Below are positions 9,449 to 17,997 of a stretch of DNA of 64,000 nt, one piece after another. This DNA is from Candidatus Saccharimonadia bacterium. GTDB taxonomy: Bacteria; Patescibacteriota; Saccharimonadia; Saccharimonadales; 2-12-FULL-41-12. The stretch spans positions 927,752 to 991,751 of the forward strand of contig OY970327.1 of the NCBI GenBank assembly GCA_963717365.1, written 5' to 3'. The stretch's first letter is position 1. Each line of letters starts with the position of its first letter. The notes under the pieces were generated by a model. It had not been told where the DNA came from. It did no database searches and was given only the letters and a program-made list of their open reading frames with translations. The translations under genes were made by a program, and so were the position numbers.

Positions 9449-10987
9449 ATGCAAATAAAAAACCCAAGACGACTTATCAAGATTCTAGCAGGCCTAACGC
9501 TGCTTTTATTGCCGCTCTGGTTTTTATTAAACTATAGCTTTTTGACCATTACCGGCACCGATACGCAAAAGAAGGATGTCTATGTGGTAGGAGATAAATT
9601 TTATAAACAACTAGAGTTAACCAACAAATCAGAGTCTATGCTGATAAAACGCGGCTCGTATCGAATTGAGGTAAGTTCAGGTGATAAGTTATCCCTGTAC
9701 AACCGTAAATTTGGGGGTATGAGTAAAAATACAGTAAACATAGAGCTGTCCGATCAAAAATCTTCACAGTATCTGGGCTCAAGTCCGCTGCCGTGCGCAC
9801 AACAGGCTGCCGAAAACACTTCGATTTTTTACTCTTGTGGTAACGACGTACTTGGTATTATTGCAAACGACAAAGCAAATGCAGCCACTCCGCCTGACGC
9901 AAATCCTTCCGGACCTATATCAACGGTGATTAAAAACTATAACGACGACTTTTTGGAAGCAAAACTTTCAAACAACAAACTCGAGATACGAGCCAAGAAT
10001 GATTCAGGCTATTTAGCCGCTAAAGGCGCCGTTGTGATCAATGATTTCCAGGGAGAAATAACAGATAGTTATCTTGGAGTTTCACAGGATTCGGATAATT
10101 TTGCCGTATTTGATACTCGAAGTAAAAAATTACATGTTTATAAGGGCCTGGCTGATAAAAACCCAGTTATCCATGAATTGAATGATAAACAAGTTGATAT
10201 GCTAGCTTATTCTACGGCTGTTATCACCGGCAAGAATTTCACTTATTTAATGAATTACGGGGTGGTGTCAGACGAAGTTGATGTTGGCAGCACTGTTGAT
10301 AATGGCGAAAGCGAATATACTTCTTCCAACATTAAACCTCGTGTTCTGGTTTATAGTCATCAAGAAAATAAACTAAAAACCGAACATATACTGCCGATTA
10401 AATGGCAGATCCGAAGTCTAGCTGAGGGCCCTGGAGATCAGGTTGTATTTTTCTTAAGCGGCAATTTAAATAATGAGGCATACCGCATAGCAGCTGGACA
10501 AAAACCGGAGCAGTTAGCGATCCCGACGGAAGTTCCGCAGGAAGCTTGCTGGAAAAATAGTGATTCATTCTATTATCTTTCTGACGCGGGAACGAAGATA
10601 TATCACTATTCGCAATCAAAGCAGGCCGCTTTCTTGGTCTATGGAAATCTTATGGAAGGCACAATAATTCGCGGCTTACATTGCGCGCAAGGGAAAGTAT
10701 CTTTCTCGATTGGAAATGACAAAGACGGCGACACGATAAATCATTATCACTATACATTAGGCGAAGCTGCTCATTCTTTAGTCAGAATAGAGTCTATCTT
10801 ACCAATTTATTTTGATAGCGGTCCAAAGACCTATAAAGCTGTTACTGATAAGGCGGGCGTAAAAGTACAACTTATTGGCAGTGGCGGCGCCGTTCCCAAT
10901 GAAGTCAGAGATGGCATACGTAGCTTGGTTTTAGAAAGGCTGGAAGCTAAGGGCGCTAGCCCAGCCAATATTAACATAGTTTTTTAG
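9449..10987 (+). CDS. Membrane-anchored extracytoplasmic protein, unknown function (last gene of T4SS-like cluster)
   Basis: N-terminal TM helix ILAGLTLLLLPLWFLLNY. 512-aa ORF, co-directional with the cluster. No motif recognised. Confidence 0.55.
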   Translation: MQIKNPRRLIKILAGLTLLLLPLWFLLNYSFLTITGTDTQKKDVYVVGDKFYKQLELTNKSESMLIKRGSYRIEVSSGDKLSLYNRKFGGMSKNTVNIELSDQKSSQYLGSSPLPCAQQAAENTSIFYSCGNDVLGIIANDKANAATPPDANPSGPISTVIKNYNDDFLEAKLSNNKLEIRAKNDSGYLAAKGAVVINDFQGEITDSYLGVSQDSDNFAVFDTRSKKLHVYKGLADKNPVIHELNDKQVDMLAYSTAVITGKNFTYLMNYGVVSDEVDVGSTVDNGESEYTSSNIKPRVLVYSHQENKLKTEHILPIKWQIRSLAEGPGDQVVFFLSGNLNNEAYRIAAGQKPEQLAIPTEVPQEACWKNSDSFYYLSDAGTKIYHYSQSKQAAFLVYGNLMEGTIIRGLHCAQGKVSFSIGNDKDGDTINHYHYTLGEAAHSLVRIESILPIYFDSGPKTYKAVTDKAGVKVQLIGSGGAVPNEVRDGIRSLVLERLEAKGASPANINIVF

Positions 10988-11047
10988 GACGAATTATTCG
11001 ATAATTTGCCAATCAAGTAATAGTGCACGTGGTGTATCAAAATATGA

Positions 11048-11077
11048 TTGACAGTGCACATCTTATAGTGTACACTA
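11048..11077 (+). promoter_or_regulatory. Sigma70-like promoter with overlapping 12-bp palindromic operator upstream of the TA pair
   Basis: TTGACA (11048-11053), a 17-nt spacer, then TACACT (11071-11076). The perfect palindrome TAGTGTACACTA (11066-11077) overlaps the -10. An AGTGCAC motif is repeated at about 11024 and 11054. Confidence 0.4.
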
Positions 11078-11083
11078 GGAACT

Positions 11084-11308
11084 ATGAAAAACATTACTTT
11101 GTCGGCACCCGAAGAATTAATTGAAGAAGCTCGCAAGCAGGCCGCTAAAAAAGGCACTACGCTCAACGAGCAGTTTCGCATATGGTTGGCAGGCCAGGCG
11201 CAAACCGGCCAGGACCGGGCGCAAAACTACCACAAACTAATGGAAAGTCTCTCGCACGTTAACGCCGGCCGCACATTTACCCGCGAAGAAATGAATGAGC
11301 GGCGCTAA
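11084..11308 (+). CDS. Antitoxin (putative ribbon-helix-helix type) of a VapBC-like pair
   Basis: 74 aa. The N-terminus MKNITLSAPEELIEEARKQAAKKGTTLNEQFRIWL resembles RHH/CopG-type antitoxins. The stop overlaps the toxin ATG (TAATG). Confidence 0.65.
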   Translation: MKNITLSAPEELIEEARKQAAKKGTTLNEQFRIWLAGQAQTGQDRAQNYHKLMESLSHVNAGRTFTREEMNERR

Positions 11309-11736
11309 TGGCCACTGCAGCCCGGGTTTTTATTGATACTAATATATTTGTTTACCAGTTTGACCAGACAAATCCAAGTAAGCAGGCACGGGCAAAAAAT
11401 ATTATCGGTCAGGCTCTGGCCAGTAATAACGGGGTAATTAGCACGCAAGTGGTACAGGAATTTATGAACGTTGCCCTAAAAAAATTCTCTACGTCCATAA
11501 CCGTCCCGGAACTATTGGCTATTATGGATGGGGTCTTCGAACCGTTGTGTCACCATAGTCCAAGTTTTTTATATTATAAAAAAGCGCTAAAACTATATAA
11601 TGATAGCTCTCTTGGTTTTTACGATGCCCTGATTATCCAAGCCGCGCTGGATACTAGCTGTTCGGTTCTCTACAGTGAAGACTTGCAGGACGGACATGTT
11701 TTTGGAAGTTTGGCCATACAAAATCCATTCAAATAA
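11308..11736 (+). CDS. vapC: PIN-domain ribonuclease toxin (VapC-like)
   Basis: VFIDTNIFVY supplies the first acidic PIN residue. Conserved E (VVQEF), D (FYDALI) and the C-terminal SEDLQDG are present. 142 aa, translationally coupled to the antitoxin. Confidence 0.8.
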   Translation: MATAARVFIDTNIFVYQFDQTNPSKQARAKNIIGQALASNNGVISTQVVQEFMNVALKKFSTSITVPELLAIMDGVFEPLCHHSPSFLYYKKALKLYNDSSLGFYDALIIQAALDTSCSVLYSEDLQDGHVFGSLAIQNPFK

Positions 11737-11766
11737 AGCATGTTGTCCTTGACTGCTGTTCGTAGT

Positions 11767-12828
11767 TTAGCCAAGCGCGATAACATTGCACTTATTACTA
11801 AAGTGCCGCACCACAATGTCCGCATCGGTGGTAGTAATAATCGTCTGATAATCCTTCAACAGACTGGTTAGTGCCCGCCTGCGTGCGCCATCCAGTTCGC
11901 TGAAGACGTCATCCAGAAGAAGTATGGGGCGGACGCTGCGCTCTTTTTCGAGTATCTTTAGTTCGATGATTTTTAGCGACAAAATTAATGTTCTGGTTTC
12001 ACCACGGGAAGCAGACTTCACCGCCGGCTGATCACCAAAATAGACAACCATATCATCGCGGTGCGGCCCATTGCCAGTGAAACCACGGGCGGTATCGAGC
12101 TGAACAGAAGACTCCAGCTTTTTTAATAGATTAGTCCCGTAGTTTGAGGTGTCGATGGAAGATTCGTAGCGGATTTTAATATTTTTATCATGCCCGGCAA
12201 TCATAGTATAGATAGACGAAATTGACTCATTAATTTCGTCTATCAATGACAGACGCCGAGTTACCAACTGCTCGCCTAAATCTACCAGCCGCAGGTCCCA
12301 GGCAAACAGTTGGGAGGTGCCGCGAGAGCCTTGTTTCAGCAAGGCATTACGCTGTGCCACCACGCGCTTATAGTGGCTTCTGTGTTGTTCGTAAGAAGGT
12401 ACATACTGCTCTAAAAGGTCGTCAAGGTAGCTTCGCCTGAGGGTAGGCTCACTCTCTATCAGTTGAAGGTCGTTTGGCTCAAACAAAACTACCGGTTGTT
12501 TATGAATGGCAGGGAACCGTTTATAGACTTTACCGTCTACTTCAAACGTCTTCTGCAGACGGTCTGTTGCGTCAGTTTGCAGTTTAGTAGTACGAAGTAC
12601 ACTATCGGTAGTATGCACGTCCACGCGAGCCCAGGAATGGTCGTAACTCACTAATGCCGTGTCACGCGCCCGGTAGGATTTACCAATAGCGCTAACCATA
12701 ACTGCTTCAAGCAAATTTGTTTTTCCGGCAGCGTTTGGACCAACTACAATATTAACACCAGCGCCAAGCTCAAAAGAGGCGTCGCTGTATGAGCGGTACT
12801 GCTGTAGACGCAAGTCGGTAAATATCAT
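11767..12828 (-). CDS. recF: DNA replication and repair protein RecF
   Basis: MIFTDLRLQQYRSYS... with Walker A GPNAAGKTNLLEAV and Walker B-like ILLLDDVFSELD. Canonical position after dnaN. Confidence 0.9.
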   Translation of the reverse strand: MIFTDLRLQQYRSYSDASFELGAGVNIVVGPNAAGKTNLLEAVMVSAIGKSYRARDTALVSYDHSWARVDVHTTDSVLRTTKLQTDATDRLQKTFEVDGKVYKRFPAIHKQPVVLFEPNDLQLIESEPTLRRSYLDDLLEQYVPSYEQHRSHYKRVVAQRNALLKQGSRGTSQLFAWDLRLVDLGEQLVTRRLSLIDEINESISSIYTMIAGHDKNIKIRYESSIDTSNYGTNLLKKLESSVQLDTARGFTGNGPHRDDMVVYFGDQPAVKSASRGETRTLILSLKIIELKILEKERSVRPILLLDDVFSELDGARRRALTSLLKDYQTIITTTDADIVVRHFSNKCNVIALG

Positions 12829-12873
12829 AGGTTACTCTCAGTATTATACGTTGGCCTGAGACTTGTCCTAGCG

Positions 12874-13965
12874 CTAGCTTTTTAGCGGCATAATTAAATG
12901 TAGGTAGTCTTTGTCTTCGGTGCCGCGGATAACACAGGGCTCTAGTTTGCCATTAAATGCCAAGCTGACCTCGGGGTCACTGATTACACCTAGCCCGTCC
13001 AATATAAAGCGTGAATTCAATGTGATACTGGCAGTTCCGGCTACTTTAGCGCTAGCCGTGGCGGTATTTTCACCAAGCTGTGATGCAATTGAGCGGATAC
13101 TGATCTGTTTCTCGTCTTCATCTAAATCCAATGTCACACTTCCAGCACTCTCGCGGGCGAACAAACTTGATACTTTGGTTATATTCACCAGTTCTGATTT
13201 GGGCAAAGTAGCAGAAGTTGAGAATGAAGCCGGAATTAGCTTACGGTAATCTGGATATGACCCATCTATCAAGCGGGTAACAAGTTCAATATCACCGACG
13301 GTGAATAAGACTTGTTGGTCATCATGGGTCACTGTTACTTCTTCATCATTGTCACTGATAATTCGAAGCAGGTCTAGCATGGCACTGGCCGGAACAAGTA
13401 ATTTTACGTCTTGAGCTAGTTTGATGACTCGCTTTTCTGCTAAACGGTAGCTGTCGGTGGCTGCTATATACAGACTTCCTTCGTGGGTATGGAAATAAAT
13501 GCCGGTCAGAATTGGACGGGCATCATCATTACTAGCCGCTAAGACAACTTGCTGTAGTGCTCGCTTAATGGCAGCCGCTGAAACACTCCAGGTAGTACCG
13601 TCCTTGATTTGCGGCATAACCGGGTAGTCTTCGGCCGCCGTACCGTTTATGGTTGAGTTATATTTATCGGCTTTAATTCTTAATTTTGTTTCTTCAACGT
13701 TCACATCAATAATTCCGGGCGGTAAGCTAGCGACAAAATCCTGCATAAGCCGAGCAGGGACGGTGATTGAACCGCCCTGGCTGACCTTTGATCCAATGTA
13801 GTGCGTAATACCTATATTAAGGTTGGTGGCCGCGATACAAACTCGGTTATCAACGGTCTTAATAAGTACGTTGGATAGAATCGGTAATGCGTTCTTAGTG
13901 CTAGCAACGCGAGCTACGTTATTAAGCGCACGGGTTAGATTTTCTTGAGTTACTTGCAATTTCAT
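12874..13965 (-). CDS. dnaN: DNA polymerase III beta sliding clamp
   Basis: MKLQVTQENLTRALNNVARVAS... is a typical DnaN N-terminus. 363 aa, directly downstream of dnaA. Confidence 0.93.
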   Translation of the reverse strand: MKLQVTQENLTRALNNVARVASTKNALPILSNVLIKTVDNRVCIAATNLNIGITHYIGSKVSQGGSITVPARLMQDFVASLPPGIIDVNVEETKLRIKADKYNSTINGTAAEDYPVMPQIKDGTTWSVSAAAIKRALQQVVLAASNDDARPILTGIYFHTHEGSLYIAATDSYRLAEKRVIKLAQDVKLLVPASAMLDLLRIISDNDEEVTVTHDDQQVLFTVGDIELVTRLIDGSYPDYRKLIPASFSTSATLPKSELVNITKVSSLFARESAGSVTLDLDEDEKQISIRSIASQLGENTATASAKVAGTASITLNSRFILDGLGVISDPEVSLAFNGKLEPCVIRGTEDKDYLHLIMPLKS

Positions 13966-14238
13966 GAGGTGGTATTCCCGCTCCTTATTATTATGGTTTG
14001 ATTAAAATTTAATATAGTAGGCCCAGTAATAGGCGGTGTGGATACTGTGGACAGAACGGTTTTTATAGAGCCACTTAATGAAATTTTAATGTTCATAACC
14101 CGGCGTACAAACAGTTCATAACAATACGAAACCCAAGCACTTATGCGCAGTTCATTAAATGTTAATAAAAGTCCTGAGTATAAAAAAGAGTTTATAGACA
14201 GACTTACCAGGCAACTATACCCAGCTCGTCCACAGACA
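13966..14238. other. dnaA-dnaN intergenic region with DnaA-box-like motifs (candidate oriC half)
   Basis: Tandem TGTGGATAC/TGTGGACAG at 14037-14054 are the reverse complement of TATCCACA/TGTCCACA. CGTCCACAG lies at about 14228-14236. The stretch is AT-rich, and GTTCATAAC is repeated at about 14091 and 14113. Confidence 0.5.
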
Positions 14239-15624
14239 TTACACATACAAACGCTCCTTAATATCGGCAATAGCCAAGCTGACTTCATTATCAAATGCCT
14301 TTTCTTTCTCTATTTTTTCAACCGAATGGATGGCTGTAGTGTGGTCTTTCCGGCCCAGCTCTCGGGCAATTTTCGGAAAACTCAAATGCAATTCACTACG
14401 AAGTATATACATAGCAATCTGACGCGGTACCACGATCTCTTTATCCCGTTTTGGGCCAAGTAACTCCTCTACGCTGAGCTGGAAGTGTTTGGCGGTTCGT
14501 TCCACCACCTGTTTAGCGCTCAAATGTTTGGGTCGAATCTTGGCGTTACCGAGCAGCGCAATGGCGATTTCTACGGTTGGCGCTAAATTACGCATTTCGC
14601 AGAACGCGATTAGTTGGTTGAGTGCTCCTTCAAGCTCACGAATATTGTTCTGGTTGCGGTTGGAAAGATGTTCTACGACCTCTGGAACCAACGAAAGATT
14701 GTGTGTAGCGGCCTTGGACTGGATAATGGCGCAACGCGTCTCAAAGTCAGGCACTTGCATATCGATAGCCATACCCATCTGGAAGCGTGAACGAAGACGG
14801 TCGGTTAGGGTTGGAATGTCCTTTGGTCGTCGGTCACTCGTAATGATAATTTGTTTATTTGCCTGATGCAGAGCATTAAAGGTATGAAAAAACTCGTCTT
14901 GGGTTTTTTCTTTACCGGCAATAAATTGTATATCATCAATAATCAGTACGTCAGCGCTGCGGTAGACGGCGGCAAAATCGGTGTTCTTTTTGTACCTAAT
15001 AGCATCTAGAAATTCCTGGATGAACTGTTCAATCGACACATACACAATACTGGCAGACCGGTTATTGCTTATAACGCTATTGCCGACAGCTTGAATTAAA
15101 TGAGTCTTGCCAATACCCACGCCGCCGTATAAAAATAGCGGATTATACTTTGTTCCTGGCGATTGGGCGATTGCCTGGCAGGCAGCATACGCCAGTTCGT
15201 TGCCGGAGCCGACAATAAAGTTTTCAAAAGTATAGCGTTCGTTAAGCCCTTGGCGGTAGGCGTGAGTTAGGCTGCTTGAAGGAGTTGACGCCCGATTAGT
15301 CTTTGTGCCAGTATTGCCTTCCTGCCGTTGGTTCTGTAAAACAACCGACTCGTCTTCCACTCGGCGGTGAATTGATGACGCTGGCAAAATCTTATACTCA
15401 ATTGTTTCGTACGTTACACCATTTTTTTTGAGCGTTGTCTCAATTAGATCGTTAAACTTTTTCTCCAGCTGCTGCTTAATAAAAACATTAGGTGCGCCAA
15501 CCTGCACAACACCGTCTTTTACTTTAAGCAAACGAGTATTTTTGAACCAGGTTACATAATTGCCTTTTGAGACACCAAGTTCAATTTCCCCAAGTACTGC
15601 TTGCCATAAGCCGGTCGTGTCCAT
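14239..15624 (-). CDS. dnaA: Chromosomal replication initiator DnaA
   Basis: Walker A is LFLYGGVGIGKTHL, Walker B is LIIDDIQF, and the C-terminal DNA-binding helix is DHTTAIHSVEKI. The start was moved from the track's 15696 to the ATG at 15624 (MDTTGLWQAVLGEIE), preceded by GGGAGA. Confidence 0.95.
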   Translation of the reverse strand: MDTTGLWQAVLGEIELGVSKGNYVTWFKNTRLLKVKDGVVQVGAPNVFIKQQLEKKFNDLIETTLKKNGVTYETIEYKILPASSIHRRVEDESVVLQNQRQEGNTGTKTNRASTPSSSLTHAYRQGLNERYTFENFIVGSGNELAYAACQAIAQSPGTKYNPLFLYGGVGIGKTHLIQAVGNSVISNNRSASIVYVSIEQFIQEFLDAIRYKKNTDFAAVYRSADVLIIDDIQFIAGKEKTQDEFFHTFNALHQANKQIIITSDRRPKDIPTLTDRLRSRFQMGMAIDMQVPDFETRCAIIQSKAATHNLSLVPEVVEHLSNRNQNNIRELEGALNQLIAFCEMRNLAPTVEIAIALLGNAKIRPKHLSAKQVVERTAKHFQLSVEELLGPKRDKEIVVPRQIAMYILRSELHLSFPKIARELGRKDHTTAIHSVEKIEKEKAFDNEVSLAIADIKERLYV

Positions 15625-15719
15625 TATCCCTGATGTTCTCCCTCGTTCGCGTTTGTAAACCTTTGGCCGCATCCGTTGCAACCACTTCGTATACATAGAC
15701 TATAGCAACTTTCCCAAAC

Positions 15720-15844
15720 TTTTCCACAGGTGTACCGAAATCACAGTAATTTTAATCAGAATCAAGCCAAACAGAGTAATAGTTATGCACACACCAGCGC
15801 CTAACCTGTTAATGTGTGGAAAGAACTTGGATAATAGTGGAAAA
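15720..15844. other. Cluster of DnaA-box-like motifs upstream of dnaA (second candidate oriC half / dnaA autoregulation)
   Basis: TTTTCCACA at 15720-15728 and TTATGCACA at 15783-15791. TGTGGAAA at 15815-15822 and AGTGGAAAA at 15836-15844 are reverse complements of TTTCCACA and TTTTCCACT. Confidence 0.45.
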
Positions 15845-15941
15845 CTTGGTATAGTTTAGGGTAATACTATTGTTAATTTGACGTAGTTTGGGTTACGCCG
15901 TTTGACGACGCGTGCCCGAAACACCTATAGTTAGAGAGATT

Positions 15942-16079
15942 ATGCCAAAACGAACTTTTCAACCCAAGAAACGCTATCGCTCCCGCGAGCATGGTTTTTT
16001 TAAGCGTATGGCCACCAAAGCTGGCCGCAACGTACTCAAGCGCCGTCGCATCAAAGGCCGCGTCCGTCTGACCCACTAA
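15942..16079 (+). CDS. rpmH: 50S ribosomal protein L34
   Basis: Hand translation gives [45 protein letters not shown] (45 aa), absent from the ORF track because it is shorter than 60 aa. Canonical position upstream of rnpA. Confidence 0.9.
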   Translation: MPKRTFQPKKRYRSREHGFFKRMATKAGRNVLKRRRIKGRVRLTH

Positions 16080-16129
16080 ATTTAAACGTTTTCCTTAAGT
16101 CTGATCTTTTTTCAGTTATCCTTAGTAGT

Positions 16130-16474
16130 ATGATTTCCCGCAGGAACCGCTTCCACGGCTATAACTCGCTCAACCATGTCTATCGCACCGGCAAGTCCGT
16201 TCGTGGCGAATATCTGGGCTTACGTTATGTGTCGTCTAAGAAGCCCGACTACCGTCTGGCAGTAGTTGTAAGTAAAAAAGTAAGCAAGTCAGCTGTGGTA
16301 CGCAACCGTCTTCGCCGCAGGATTTACGAGACCGTTCGTCTGCATCGGTTGGAATCAGACACTGCCTGGCCGCGAGATATGATCATTAGTATCTTTGACG
16401 AGCGTGCCGTAGCGGCACCGTTTGTCGAACTTGAGACAAACGTCCGGCAGTTGATGGGCAAATCAGGCCTGTAG
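16130..16474 (+). CDS. rnpA: Ribonuclease P protein component
   Basis: 114 aa, basic. Contains RFHGYNSLNHVYRTGKSV, LAVVVSKKVSKSAVVRNRLRRRI (the RNR motif region). rpmH-rnpA-yidC synteny. Confidence 0.85.
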   Translation: MISRRNRFHGYNSLNHVYRTGKSVRGEYLGLRYVSSKKPDYRLAVVVSKKVSKSAVVRNRLRRRIYETVRLHRLESDTAWPRDMIISIFDERAVAAPFVELETNVRQLMGKSGL

Positions 16475-16536
16475 CCACGGGGTGGAATAATTGAGTACCG
16501 ACATGCTACAGTAGTAACAAGGAGTAAAGTAGTTTT

Positions 16537-17514
16537 ATGTTTGACACGTTTATAGTTCAGCCTGTCTTTAATCTCTTAGAACTGATTTACGGTGTTGTAC
16601 CAGGCCATGACCTGGGTATTGCTATTATTATATTTACAATCTTAATCCGGCTGGCGCTCTGGCCGCTGGTTAAAAAGCAGTTGCATCACGCGCAGGCAAT
16701 GCGCAAGCTTCAACCACAGCTCAAAAAATTAAAAAAAGCTGCCGCCGGCGACCGTCAGAAAGAAGCCCGTTTACAGATGGAGCTATATAAAGAGCGGGGG
16801 ATTAGGCCGTTTGCATCTATCGGCACGCTAATTATTCAGATTCCAATCTTCATTGGGCTATACCAAGCAATACTTAAAATGACCAATAATCCTCAAAGCT
16901 TGATAGATTTTTCATATAGTTCGGTTAGCAATCTCCCTTGGATTCAGCAACTAACTAGCGACATTAGTAAATTTGACGAAACCCTACTTGGTCTGGTTGA
17001 TCTGACGAGACGAGGTGTGGAAGCCGGCGGTCCAGGGATTTATATCCCAGCCGTGATTCTAGCGATCGTCTCCAGTATTATGCAGTATTACCAGACAAAA
17101 TTAATGATGCTGAACAATCAAGATTCCCGTAAGTTGTCGATTATTCTTAAAGAAGCTGCCGCCGGCAAAGAAGCCGATCAAGCAGAGGTTACGGCCGCGA
17201 TTAGCAAGTTGATGCTATATTTTCTTCCGTTTATCACGTTTATATTTGCTTTAATCGTGCCCGCGGCACTATCGCTGTATCTGCTAACAAGCAGTACCGT
17301 CGGCTATATACAACAACGTTATGTGTTTGGTAAGGATGCCGAAGAAATGCATAAACTTGCCGATGAAGAAGATACGCCTACCAAAGCAGAACGGGAAGCC
17401 GCACTGCTGGCATCCGCCAAAACAAAAAAATCAGCAAAATCCAATAAGAAAAAAACCGCAACCAAAAATAAAACCAAAGCTAAAAATTCATCCAAAAAGA
17501 AGAGGAAAAAGTGA
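16537..17514 (+). CDS. yidC: Membrane protein insertase YidC (short Gram-positive type)
   Basis: Contains GIAIIIFTILIRLALWPL and MRKLQPQLKKLKKAAAGDRQKEARLQMELYKERGIRPFAS. Lys-rich C-terminal tail. Synteny supports the call. Confidence 0.9.
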   Translation: MFDTFIVQPVFNLLELIYGVVPGHDLGIAIIIFTILIRLALWPLVKKQLHHAQAMRKLQPQLKKLKKAAAGDRQKEARLQMELYKERGIRPFASIGTLIIQIPIFIGLYQAILKMTNNPQSLIDFSYSSVSNLPWIQQLTSDISKFDETLLGLVDLTRRGVEAGGPGIYIPAVILAIVSSIMQYYQTKLMMLNNQDSRKLSIILKEAAAGKEADQAEVTAAISKLMLYFLPFITFIFALIVPAALSLYLLTSSTVGYIQQRYVFGKDAEEMHKLADEEDTPTKAEREAALLASAKTKKSAKSNKKKTATKNKTKAKNSSKKKRKK

Positions 17515-17981
17515 TGGAAGAGTCAATTCTGTACGCCAAAAAATACCTCGAAGACCTTCTGTCATTTTTTGGGCTTAACACCGAAGTCCATGCAACTAAC
17601 AGCGAAGACGAAGTAATTGAGCTGCATGTACCCTCGTCTCACCTCAACGGTTTTTTAATTGGACAGCATGGTGAGACAATGCACGCTTTGCAGTTTCTGG
17701 TTAGTAGCGCGCTCAAAAGCAACGATTACGAAGTAAGTCGTGTCAATGTCGATGTTGCTGAATATAAACTACAGCGTGCTGCCCGTTTGAGCGAGAAAGC
17801 ACTCACCTGGATTACGTCAGTGAAGGAAGCTGGGCAAGCGATGCCACTTTCACCAATGAATGCTGCCGACCGGCGAGTCATTCATAAACTTGCTGGCGAA
17901 TATGGACTTTCCACTCAGTCCGAAGGAGAGGGCCGCGAACGGCATATCATTCTGCTACCCGATCCAACACCGGATAAATAA
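17511..17981 (+). CDS. jag: Jag/KhpB-like RNA-binding protein (KH + R3H domains)
   Basis: R3H motif is NAADRRVIHKLAGEYGLSTQSEGEGRERHIIL and the KH-like region is GFLIGQHGETMHALQFLV. It overlaps the yidC stop (GTGATGG). Confidence 0.85.
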   Translation: MMEESILYAKKYLEDLLSFFGLNTEVHATNSEDEVIELHVPSSHLNGFLIGQHGETMHALQFLVSSALKSNDYEVSRVNVDVAEYKLQRAARLSEKALTWITSVKEAGQAMPLSPMNAADRRVIHKLAGEYGLSTQSEGEGRERHIILLPDPTPDK

Positions 17982-17997
17982 CACTAATAAGTTCCGG

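Noticed and set aside
13962-14463. Track ORFs 13962..14294 (-) and 14143..14463 (+) in the dnaA-dnaN spacer and the dnaA 3' end.
   Set aside because: They lie in an AT-rich DnaA-box region or antisense to dnaA. They have no start context and their composition is low-complexity or hydrophobic by chance.
15873-16076. 67-aa minus-strand ORF from the track.
   Set aside because: It is exactly antisense to the highly conserved rpmH (L34) coding sequence, so it is a shadow ORF.
17512-17514. Possibility of an alternative genetic code (UGA recoding), as in some CPR lineages. This was prompted by the odd tRNA-like gene whose anticodon loop is one base away from UCA.
   Set aside because: TGA cleanly terminates conserved genes at their expected lengths (yidC at 17512-17514, gtrA at 57284-57286, the 722-aa gene at 58705-58707). 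Conserved proteins show no in-frame TGA.
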